Source: the human T2T-CHM13v2.0 reference genome, Homo sapiens
NCBI RefSeq assembly: GCF_009914755.1
Contig: NC_060948.1
Length of the DNA: 64,000 bases
Reading direction: 5' to 3' (one strand)
Position numbers and translations under genes: made by a program
In this document: in pieces, positions 27,214-38,896 of the stretch
Numbering within the stretch: position 1 is the first letter of the stretch
How the letters are laid out: every line of letters starts with the position of its first letter
The notes under the pieces: generated by a model
What the model was told of the DNA's origin: nothing
The model's input: only the letters and a program-made list of their open reading frames with translations
The model's database searches: none

Positions 27214-29908
27214 GTTCTTAGGTAGGGATACACCCTCAGGCCTGTCTCACTGACCTAGATAGGTCTGTTTTCTTACCCAAATTGGGTAGGACATGGGCTT
27301 CTGTCTTTTTGCCCAAGAGTTGCATTTGCCAAGACCACCCTGGCCTGCCACACCCCCATCTTGTGCTATAAGAAAATCTGAGACCTAGCAAGAAGGTACT
27401 CAGCAGCTGGACATCAAGAGGAACCATCAGTAGAAGAAGACACAGCAAATGGACCTTGAGAATATACCAGAGAACTGACAGCACAAGGAATGAGTCAGCA
27501 GGCCATCCACCTCAGAAAAACACGGAGTTCCGTGGGGCTGTGGGAGCAGAGCACTGAATTTCCCCATTCCAAGGGAAAACCACATTCCCATTCCATCTCC
27601 CTTCTGGCTCTCCATTCATCTACTGAGAACTTCCACTCAATGAAACCTCGCACTTTTTCTCCAAGCCCATGTGTGAGCCAATTTTTCAGGTACATCCAGG
27701 CAGGAAACCCAGGGGTGCAGAAAGCCTTCTGTCTTTGCAGTAAGGCAGGGTTTCTAATAGAGCTAATACAAGCCACCTACAGATGGATAAGCTAAATTAA
27801 CACCGTGTAACACACCCCACTGGGGATTCAGGAGCTGTAAATATTCAGCACTAGGTGCTGCCTGCAGTCAAAGCCCCACAAACTGTCCTCATTCCTTGCC
27901 CAGCTGCAGGCAATAAGGGATGCTTTGCTGTTTCAATATGAGTCTGTTTCCAATGCAGTGTCTTTTCTGCCATACTGCAGTGTGATCTCATTATATATAT
28001 TTGACAAAATAAGTTACAAATTATAACTAATGTGAGAAGAAAATAATTGTTGAAGAGTAAAGAAGAAAAATAAAACACTGTGTTTCACAATAAATGTAAA
28101 CAACTATAAGTTTGATTAATCAACATGTGAGACCAACCAGGCAGGTGCTTAACATCGTGAGGGGGCACTACTCCTTCAACTCGGGTTTCAATCTGGGACA
28201 GAGAATGTGAGCAGCTATAAGGTCAGATATGGAAGAGGATACAATCTGGTGAGGTGTGGATTGTGTCCCACACCTTCACCTGAAAAAAAAGGTGAAGACA
28301 GATGACACAGAAGTTGCCTCCAAATGCATCTCCACATTCCCTTAATTGCAAAAGCAGTCCACACCATGGCCCAGTGTTCAAGTGAGAGTTCTCCAACGTG
28401 CCATGAACGTGTGGAGTGCAAATTGGGGTTTTGCACTTTGAGAGCTTTCATACCCAGGGCCAAATGGGAGTGGGATAGATTGATGCTGGGTGGGATGTGG
28501 CCTCCACACCTGCCTCTTCATTTTCTGACTTCCATGTTCCTCATCAAATTAGGGTTTTCTTGTTCTGGCTCACTGTCTTCCACACAAAACATATCTCAGT
28601 TCACGAAGGACGACCCTCATGGGAATAGATTGCATGAGTGTTTCCTTCTAAATACTCTCACGTTGTAATGGCTGGACAGCTTTGATAGTTTTAAAACTGT
28701 AAATTCCCACACATCTGCCAACAAGGAAACTTCTTCTCCCACTTCTATTGTAAGGCGGCATGATTCCTGTAGGTTGAGAAGCAGGCTACAGTGTTGAACA
28801 TTTGCCTGGCTGTCTAGGCTCTTTTTCATTTCATCTCCATGTCCTTTCTCATTGTGGCAGGGCAGTTTCATTGGGCTGTTGATGGATGGTACTGCTTCTC
28901 ACCAAAAATCTTTTGGCTTCCAAGGATTTCAGAGAGTAAAAGGGACTTCAGATATACTGATTGAACTCCAGGTTGTGGGTCATGGTAACATTGTGGGGGC
29001 TAAGGATGTTTGCACTTTGCAGGAGGATTTTGGGTCCTCTGACAAGAATCATTGAACGTTGTTTGGGCTCCAGCACAAAGCAGCTCATTCTCTCAGGCGA
29101 GCATTGAATTTTCTTTGCTTTCCTGGTGGTTCCACATTGCTTGTCAACAGGACTGCTGGACAGCATTTTCAGGGTTGCCATCTTCACAGACGGCTCCAAA
29201 GTCACTGTCACAAGCTTATCTGCCCAAAAGCGAGGACAGATTGAGGTGAGAGAACACTTTTCAACCTTGGACTTTCCTTTGTCATGGTTCCTGCCTTTCC
29301 CAGAGAGCCCTGTGAGGCCCAGGATGAAGGGAGGCAGTGAGGTCAAGAGTCTGGCCAACTTTCACAGACACCAGCCTCTGGGGTCTTAGGTATGATTCCA
29401 TCACATAAAGAACCCTCAACAACTCACCAGACTCTATTCCAACCCCAAGGGATCTGATTCTTGCACACAGCCTCTTTCGGGAATGGAGACAGAAGAGTAG
29501 TTTCTGGCGACCACCTCACAGTCTCAAAATACCTCCTCCTCCACTGGGACCTAACTAGCGAGATAACCCGAAGGGGCAATAAGGTCAAGAGTTTTAGGGT
29601 ACCAGTAGGTTGTCACAGCCAGCCTTTTTTTCCAATACCAGGCTGGCTCTGCCTGTAACATTTTCCTCTGTTTATGCAGGCTGACAGCACTGACAGTCAG
29701 GCACCTAAGCCTGCCTCATGAATGGGCATGTGGTAATCTCAAAGCCCCAGGCCTGAGCAGGGAGCCCTTGCTAGCATCACAATGAATGCCACCATTGCCC
29801 AGTGATAAGTCCCTGTGGCTTGGTGGAGAAGTACACCCCCAGGTGGAGGTGGGTCACCAATGGAATCTCTCCTGTCTTCTCTCTGGGATCCACGGACAGT
29901 CCCATGAT

Positions 29909-31074
29909 TCCACCAAAAGTTGGCAGTCATGCATTGCAGGGGACACCAACAAACTTCTACCGTGGTTGCTTTAGGGAACTCCAGACCCGACTCAGAGGTC
30001 AAAAAGCAGCCTCCATCCCCTGCCAGGCATTGGTCTCAGCCACCCTACTTTCTCAGGCACCTGACTTTGTACCCACTTATTCTAAAGAAGACAAATACTT
30101 TTTTTTCAGGCAGAAGGAGGGCAAACAGCAAAACAGGGATGGACCCAGTTACCACACAGAAGAATAGCCATTCCACAGCTGCTAAGAGTCACAGTTGTAT
30201 TGGCTGTGCATGAAACTACCCCCCTAGTTCAGGAAACACTTGAAAAGTTGTTAGGCTTGTACTTCTACATCTAATATTTGTCAGCCCTTGCCAAAATGGT
30301 GGCACAGTGATGTAATTACCTGTAGACAGCACAATGGGAAGCACAGTCCAGCTGTTCTGTCCAGCATACGAGCTAATGGAGCAGCCCCCTTTGAAGATCT
30401 CCAGGGGGACTTCACTGAAATGCCAAAGTGTGTAGGTAACATGTATTTACTAGTTCTTGTTTGTACCTACTCTGGGCTGGTAGAGGCTTATCCAACACAA
30501 ACTGAAAAAGCTCATGAAATAACCCATGTGCTTCTTTGAGATCTTATTCCTAGATTTGGACTGCCCCTATGAATTGGTTCAAACAAGTGGTCAGTGCTTG
30601 TGGCTGACCTGGTGCAGAAGACAGCAAAGGTATTTGAGATCACGTGGAAACTACATGCAGCCTACTGACCTCCATTTGCTCCAGAAAGGTGGAGCAAATG
30701 AATCAAACTATCATAAATAGCTTAGGGAAAGTTTGCCCGGAAACAGTATTGGAATGGCTAAAGGCTCTCCCTACGGTATTGTTTAAGATAAGAAGTACTG
30801 CTTCTAAAAGAATAGGATATTCCCCTTTTGAAATATTCTATCATAGGCCCCCTCCCATATTCTGGGAACTCCCAGGCTCTCTTCAACAATCAGGTGAAGT
30901 TGAGTTACAGCAACAGCTACAGGCTGTAGTAAAAATTACACAATTTCAGCCTGGGAAAATGAAAGAGGCCCTATTAGTTTTTTATCCCCAGTTCACACTT
31001 TCTCCCAAGGTGATCACATGTGGATCAAGGACCGGAAAATAGCCCCTTTTGGCCATGGTGAAAAGGACCCCAGA
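29909..31074 (+). mobile_element. pol: LTR-less ERV1 (gamma-like) pol fragment: RNase H C-terminus plus integrase
   Basis: AVMHCRGHQ; APFEDLQGDFTEMPK..LLVLVCTYSGLVEAYPT; LIPRFGLP; KVEQMNQTI; GYSPFEI. Confidence 0.85.
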
Positions 31075-34000
31075 ACATGTAGAGTGCAAATTGAGAATCT
31101 CCTGGCAAACTCCTGATATGAGGGCTTTCATACCGGGAGCCAAACGGGTGTGGAATGGATTGAGGCAGGGTGGGATGTGGTCTCTACTCTTACCTCTTCT
31201 TTTCCAGACTTCCATGTTCCTCGTTGGCATAGGATTTCCTGCGTCTGGCTCAACGATTTCCACACTAAACATTTCCTGGTTCACGAAGAATGATCCTTAG
31301 TGGAATCCATTGTATGAGTGTTTTCTTCTAAATAATATCACGTTTTACTGACTAGGAAGTTTTGATACTTTTAAAACCATAAATTCCCATTACAGCCACC
31401 AACAAGAAAACTCTTGTTCTCCCACTTCTATTGGAGGCTTGCATGATTCCTGTAGGAGGAGAAGCAGGCAGCCATGTGTGGGTTTTACCTGGCAATCTAG
31501 GCTCTGTTTCATTAAATCTAGCTCCTTGGGGTTTCAGAGAGCAAAAGGGACTTCCAGTAGGCTCACTGTGCTCCAGGTTTTTGTCCATGATCTCGTTTTG
31601 GGGACTGAGTCTTCTAACAGGAATCATTGAACATTGCTTGGACTCCAGCACAAGACAGCTTTTTCTCTCAGGCGAGCCTTGTTTTTACTTTGCCTTCATG
31701 AAAAATCCACAGTGCCCCTTAACAGCACTGCTGGACACACTTTTCAGCCTTGCTATCACCACAGACAGCCTCTGAGACACGGTCTCAATGTCATCTGCAC
31801 CAATGAGAAGCCAGTCCGAGGTGTGAGAGAACTGCTCCACCTTAGACTTGCTTCTTTCATGGTACCTGCCTTTTCCAGAGAGGCCCTGTGAGGCCCAGGA
31901 TAAAGGGAGGCCATGAGATCAAGCTCAGGCGTCTTTCACTGATGCCTACCTCGGGGCTTTCAGGTATAATTCTGTCACCCAAAGAACCCTCAACAACACA
32001 AAAAAATATATTCCAGTCTCCATAGGACCCGATTCTTGCACACAACCTCTTTCAGGAATGGAGTCAGAAGAGTAGTTTCCAGTGACCACCTCACAATCTT
32101 GAAATGCCTCCTCCTCCAGTGGGACATGACAATGGAGACAGCCCAAAGAGGCCCTGAGTTTGGGACTTTTAGGGTCTCACAGTGGGTTTTCATAGGCATC
32201 ATTTTTCCTGAGACAAGGCCGGCTCTGCCTGTAGCATTTTCCCCTGCTTAGTCAGGCTGACAGCTCTGACAGCCAAGTGCCAGAGCCTGCCTCAGGAATG
32301 TGCATGAGCTAGACTCAGGGCACCATGCCTGATTTTGAGTTCTGGCAAGTGTCACAATGAATGTCACTGTTCCCTGCAGTTGCAGAGAAAGAGACCTCTG
32401 TGGGGGTGCGCTGGTGGACTCTCATCTGTCTTCTTTGTGGGATCCATGGAATAATCCCATGATCCTAGGAAAGGGAAGATGTGAGCAAGCCTGAAGAAAT
32501 GTCAAGCAGAGCCCCAGGAATAAACTGCAAAATCCCTATGGATCCAAAATCATCTGCAGGATTCCTTAGGCCTGCCTAGATGCTTTATGGATGAGTCTTT
32601 ATAAAACTTGCCCCCCTGATATTTTTAGGTACGGCCTGCCTCTGTTCCCTGGGGTTGCTCTCTCCAAGGTGGGTCTTTCTGCAGAAACACACAGCCTCAG
32701 AAGCTGCTGGGCTGTGTGTTTCTGTGAGAGTGTTGAAAGTGTCAGATTTCTGCATGTGTTTGTCTGGTGGTGTGTCTTTGTGTGTGTGCGTGCCTGCAAA
32801 TGGAGTCTGCTTAAAAGAATATGGCTAACACACTTCAGCCCTTCTTTATTTGAGTCTCTCAACCTTTTGATGGCCTGTCTGTGTGGCTTTGCTTTAGTTG
32901 CAGGGCTCTGTGTTCTTTATTTTTCTGTGGATCATGAATACACAGTGTACTGGGAGATGAGTCGAGACCTGCCAGAGAGTGACAGGACCTAGCCATGGAC
33001 CCTGGCACCACTAAAGGCCAATGACTACCTCTGCTTCTGTGACCCTTTCAGTCTACTTCTACAAATCCCTTGGCTTTTACCTCCACCCCCACTTCCATTT
33101 GACCACACTTCATCTCTCTGCCACAGACTCAGGGTAAGGCTCAAAAACTTGGTAGGAGAAGTAAAGGAAGAAGAGGATGGAAATAGAAAAGAATAGAGGG
33201 AAGGAGAGGGGAGAGAAAGCTCTTCCTGAGAAATGCATGAGTTTTTTATCTACCAAATCATATAAATTATTTTCCTTTTGGCTTACAAAGGCATTTCATA
33301 CTTGATATATGATTCAATTTCCATCGTATCCCTATAGATTACTCTATGATATAGATCATATGACATGATTATTATAGTTATCTTAAATGCATATTCTAAT
33401 ACTAGATAAGTACAACAGATTGATCAAGTTCTCATGGCAAAAGATGAATTGGACTAACATTAAGACATACTCCTAACTCAAAGACATTTCTTTACTGCCA
33501 CAGAGTAGCTTTCATTTTAATAGAGTTATTTTAAATTAAGTGTATTTTAAGTTAAAGATACTATGATATTTGGGAACAGCATAGTAGTTGGTGAGTAATG
33601 AGTTTTAGGTGCTGGTGTACTGGACTGTATTACATTGTGATTATCATTTTCTCCCTTCCCTTGGCTATCAGAAAACCTATCACAATATTAGCAATAGTTA
33701 TGTCACATTACTGTACATCCACTTATTTCCTTGGAAATTGAGGGATCCCTTTTGGTGTCGTGAATTAAATGTGCGCTTAACCACAGCTATTTTATAGCTA
33801 CCACCTATTGGCATAGCTAGAGTGAATAATACATGCAAAACATAAAGGGGGACATAATTATTTGCTGACATCCTCCAAAGTCTAATTCAAAGACATATAC
33901 ACAGGAGATCTTAGTTATGCTTCTAATTTCATCTATACTTCCTTACCCCTTCTATAGACAGGTTATCTTCACCACTTTTATCCCTATTTATATATTAATG

Positions 34001-36329
34001 AGCATTCCTTCAACTCAGTTTTCTGAGGAACTCTAAAATAATTTTTAAAATATGAGCCCTTTCCTGAATCTCACACTTGAATTTTCTATTTAAGCTATTG
34101 GTTTGGTATCTCACTAAATTATAAGTTTATGAAGATAATACCCCTCCAATTTAGACACAGGTGCTTTATCTCCAGGGTCACGATATTCCCTTCTCCACTT
34201 GGTCTGTGTGGTTGGCAATTAAAACAGCACTGGAGCCCTTCCACACTGAGGAGGAGGAGGAGAAGTTTCAGGATGACATAGAAAAGTTTAATAATCAGGA
34301 GTCTGATAATCAGCACAGTGAACCATCACTGTCTAGTTTTAAAAAGGGGGAGAAATGGGAAGGAATATATTCTAACTTCCAAAAATGTATGAAAGAGACA
34401 GTTCCTCCTACTGTGCCTTTAGGGGAAGGTGCAAAATGGCCACCTCCACCTCAGCCTTATGAATTTTTGGAATGGGAGACTGAGACTCAGCTTGCCACTC
34501 CCATTGTTGCAGGGCCTACCATTGACCATGTTAAAGGGAAGCTTCAACAGCCCAACAGCCAATTACGGTGAGGGAATGATCCAGGCTTTTCCACCTGTTA
34601 ATTATGGGAGAGAAATGCTGCTAGCCAGTCCAAATACAAATTATGGTGCAGTGGCAATTCAGGCATCCATTTGACAGGTACAAGAAATAGGGGATTTCGA
34701 TGCTTGGCAGTTTCCAGTAATTATTTATCCAGCTAAGGAGCCCAGAGAACATGTTCAGGCATTCTGGGAGCCATTTCTCTTTAAAATATTAAAAAGATTT
34801 AAAGCAAGCAAGTGAACAATATGGGTCAAATTCTTCTTATGTTCATTCCTTATTATAATTTGTGGCTTATAACAGGCATTTAATACCTATGGATTGGGAG
34901 TGATTAGCTCAATCCACCCTGTCTCCCTCTCAATTTCTCCATTTAAAAACCTGGTAGACAGATGAAGCAACAAATCAGGCATGAAGAAATGCTCAAGCCC
35001 AACCTCCCATTAATATCACATCTGACCAATTGCTTGGAATCGGACAGGCATTGGGTACTGTAAATCAACAGGTGGTAAAGGGTGATGAGTCTGTCGATCA
35101 GCTCAGAACTATATGCTTACGATCCCAGGAAAAAAATTCATGACCCTGTTACTACTTATCCTTCTTTTAACTCAGTTTGACAGGGTCCAAGGGAGATTTA
35201 TCCAGATTTTATTGCCCCATTTGCAAGAAGCTGCTCAAAAGGTTATTTTGGTCTCGTGCCAGGAAAGGGATCATTCAGTGGCTTGCTTATGAAAATGTGA
35301 ATACAGAACATCAGGCAGAAATTAGATCTATTAAAGTAAAGGCAGATGTAAATGAAGAAAAAAACTTTAAGCGAATATATTAAAGCCTGTGATGGCATTG
35401 AGGGGCCCTTATATAAGGCCAGCCTCCTTTGTCAGTCAATGGCTGGACTAAGGGTAACAAAAAACACAGCAGTGTTCCCTGGATCTTGACATAATTGGGG
35501 ACACATAGGACATGCAAAAAGAGAGTGTACAAAGAGCCAAAAAAGGGAAAACTCCGGACCAGGCCCTGATTCAAAACAGGGCATTACCTATTTGGGGTGG
35601 GTCATCCCTGACTCCAAAGAGAGTATTCCCAGCCCAGTCTATCCCTTTACAAATGTATAGCAATTGTCCCCCACCAGAGATAAAAGTGGGGCAGTAGATT
35701 TATGCTGTGGAAAAGCTATATCCTTCCTTCCTGGGGAGCCTCCTAGGAAGATCCCAATGAAGGTTTATGGCCCATTGTAAAACGGCAAGGTGGGACTTAC
35801 ACTGGGAAAGTCCAGCTTGAAATTAAAGGGAATTCAAGTACATACTGGAGTAGTGGACTCTGATTACCAGGGAGAAATTCAAATTTTTATCTCTTCCACT
35901 GTCCCCTGGAGTGCTAATCCAGGAGACAGAATAGCTCAACTGTTTCTTTTACTGTATGTTAAGTCAGAAGCAAGCTCAGAAAAAAAGGAGGATTTGGAAG
36001 CACAAAATCAGCAGGCAAGGCTGCCTATTGGGTAAATCAAGTCTCTGACAATAGACCTATTTGTATGGTCACTATTCAAGGAAAACAATTTGAGGGTCTT
36101 GTCAACACAGGAGCAGATGTGTCAATCATAGCTCTTTATCAATAGCCAAAAAACTGGCCAAAAGAAAAGGCCCCAGTAGGTCTTCTTGGGGTTGAGGATT
36201 TGCTTGTATCTCACCAGGAGAGAATCAGCTTCTTGTCTGGGTACCCACAAGACATCTTAAGCTGTGCCAGGAGCCAGAATTCAAGGAAGAGGAAAAGACC
36301 TCAGAAAATCCCTGCACCCCCAGTTCATC

Positions 36330-38280
36330 AGATGGCTCAGATGAACATCTCTATTGAGCAGATGGAAACCAGTAACACTCACCAAGCGACTCCACCTACC
36401 TGGAGGCAGATGAAGACACTAGTTCGCATTGCAGAAGAGAACCTGAGGTCTCAACACAAGCTGCTGACCACCAGTAATCTAATGGTAGCTATGATGGTGG
36501 TCATCTCCTTTGTGGTGAGTCTCCCTGTAGAGGGGCAGATCAAAATTACACTTACTGGACCTACATTCCATTCCCACCACTGATTAGTCCTGTTACAAGG
36601 TTAGATGCCCCAGTGGATGTTGTGTTAATGATAGTGTCTGGATGCCTGGACCAACAGATAACTGAGGTCCTACTCATCCAGAGGAGGAAGGAATGTTAAT
36701 GAAAGTTTCCATTGGTTATCACTTTCCTTCCATCTTCCTGGGGCCAGCAGCAGGATGTTTAAATTATGATAAACAAAGTTGGATGGTTTATGTCCCTGCA
36801 CATAATGGATCAAATGCCTCTATTCATGTAATCGGTGGAAGAACATTTCAATTTTTGGACACTATGAAATACCTTGAGCATGGCTATGTTATGACACATC
36901 ATCAGATTAATAAATTTAAACCTAATAAGAAGTCCTGCCCCAGGCAGGCCACTAAATGGTCTGAAAACCTAGAGGTGTTAACATGGGAAGATTGTATTGC
37001 AAACAGCACTGCAGTATTGTGAAATAATTCCATTGGAATCATCATTGATTGGGCCCCTAGGGGTCACTTTGCAGTAAATTGTACTGGACAGAGCAAAGAT
37101 TTTGGAGAGGCTCCTTTGCAAAGGACTACCAGATAATGCACCAAAATTATATAGAAGAATTGAAACAAATTACCCTATTATGTAGGAGGAGAATGGTATG
37201 GCTCCTCCAAGCCCAAAAATGATTAATCCAATTATAAGTCCAGAACATCCAGAATGTGGAAATTAGTGATGGCTCAAACCGCAGTTGGAATTTGGAAAGG
37301 AGAATATAAAACAGAGACCCATAGTAAAAAACTTCAGTTTGTTGTAGCCATGATCTCTAATCAGACAGTCCCATTGCATAGTTGTGTTATACCTACTTTT
37401 ATGTTAGTAATAGGAAAAGTTAATGTCCTACTTGACTCTCAAACCATATCATGCCTCAGCTGTCATATTTTTACCTGCATTAATTCTACCTTTAATAAAA
37501 ATAATAGCATTTTACTGGTTAGGGCCCGAGAAGCAGTTTGGATACCTGTTTCCCTCAACAGAGTTGGGAGGCCTCTCCCTCCATATATATTATCACTGCA
37601 GTACTAAAAGATCAAAGAGATACTTAATAGATCAAAGAGATTCATATTTACTTTAATAGCTGTCATCATGGGACTTATAGCTGTCACAGCTACAGCTGCT
37701 GCGGCTGGCTTTGCTTTGCACTCTTCTATTCAAACTGCGAGCTCTGTGGATAGTTGGCAGAAAAATTTTTCCAAGCTTTGGAATTTCCAAAGCCAAATAG
37801 ATGAAAAATTGGCAAATCAAATTAATGATCTTCATCAAACAGTAATTTGAATGGGAGATTGGATTATGAGCTTGGAGCATAGAATTCAAATGCAATGTGA
37901 TTGGAATACTTCTGATTTTTGTATTCCTCCTAGCTCTTATAATACCACTGAACACCACTGGGAGATGATTAGACATCACCTACCAGGAGAAGAAGATAAT
38001 TTAACATTAGATCCTGCTAAACTGAAAAAACAACTTTTTGCCACATCTCAAGCTCATCCCAGCCTATTGCCTGGAGCTGATATTCTTGTTGGAACCGCTG
38101 ATGGCCTTTTAAACACTAATCCTATAAAGTGAATTAAAACCATAGGTGGATCATCAATTGCAAACATTATTTTGGTTTGTGTCTGTTTATGCTTTTTTTT
38201 TTAACCTACTGATGTGGACAGCACCTTGGGAGAGTAGATAGGCACCATGAATGAGCTATGATAGCAATGGTGGTTATTAA
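36330..38280 (+). pseudogene. env: HERV-K env remnant
   Basis: PPTWRQMKTL leader, furin site RSKR, fusion peptide, [10 protein letters not shown]; disrupted by stops and frameshifts. Confidence 0.85.
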
Positions 38281-38311
38281 TTTAAAAAAATGGAGACAAA
38301 AAAGTGGGACA

Positions 38312-38896
38312 TGAGGGAAAGAGAGTTTCTGGGATGCCAGATGAGTTGGTATCCCCGGTGTGAGACTCCCACAGGGAGCCATGTGTGGCCTCTGAGGAGA
38401 AAAGTCTCCTGATTGCCTTCATGTCCTTATGCCCAGAGAGCATAACAGCTCAGCAGCATGCCACAGGTTGCTCAGGGAAATAACACTCCCTTGAAGCAGT
38501 GGCGTATAATCAACCCTCTTGGCTTCTCCTGAAATCTGATCCCATCCATTTCAGTCACAATAAGTTAAATATATTAAGCAGTTTAGACACACACCTTTGC
38601 TAGAGGAAATTCACAGAAACTGCCACTGCTATACATCTTATTGAATGACTCGGGAGTTCTCCCTCACTGATTAATACTTCCCCTCATCCCTTCCTACCCC
38701 TCCTATCTGCCCTAAGAACAAAGAGCTTGTAAACCAATAAATTGGGTGGAGTCTGAGAGCTCTGGGCCATGAGCAAGCCTCCAATTCTCTGTTCCCCTGG
38801 ATCTGCCTTTTAAACTCTCATTCTGTCTCTTTCTAATTATTTGTCTCCGCTGGACTCGGGGTACCCACTGGGCAGTGTAGGGCTGGTTTCCCAACA
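38312..38896 (+). promoter_or_regulatory. 3' LTR (LTR14C-like)
   Basis: After PPT aaaaaagtggga: tgagggaaagagagtttctggg...aataaa...ggtttcccaaca, 585 bp. Confidence 0.8.

Larger units (their letters stand above)
18033..27935 (+). mobile_element. Solo ERV1 LTR (LTR1/LTR27-like), split into 18033-18081 and 27214-27935 by the HERV9 provirus
   Basis: Starts TGATATGGAAGGGGG and ends TTTCA; identical TSD ATAT at 18029-18032 and 27936-27939; the two halves read contiguously against a recalled LTR1-type consensus. Confidence 0.78.
34160..38896 (+). mobile_element. HERV-K14C (betaretrovirus-like) provirus lacking the 5' LTR and most of pol
   Basis: gag (WLAIKTALEPF, AWQFPV); dUTPase (GVVDSDYQGEIQI, PGDRIAQL); protease (GLVNTGADVSII); abrupt jump at ~36195 to the integrase end; env ([24 protein letters not shown]); 3' LTR. 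Confidence 0.85.
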
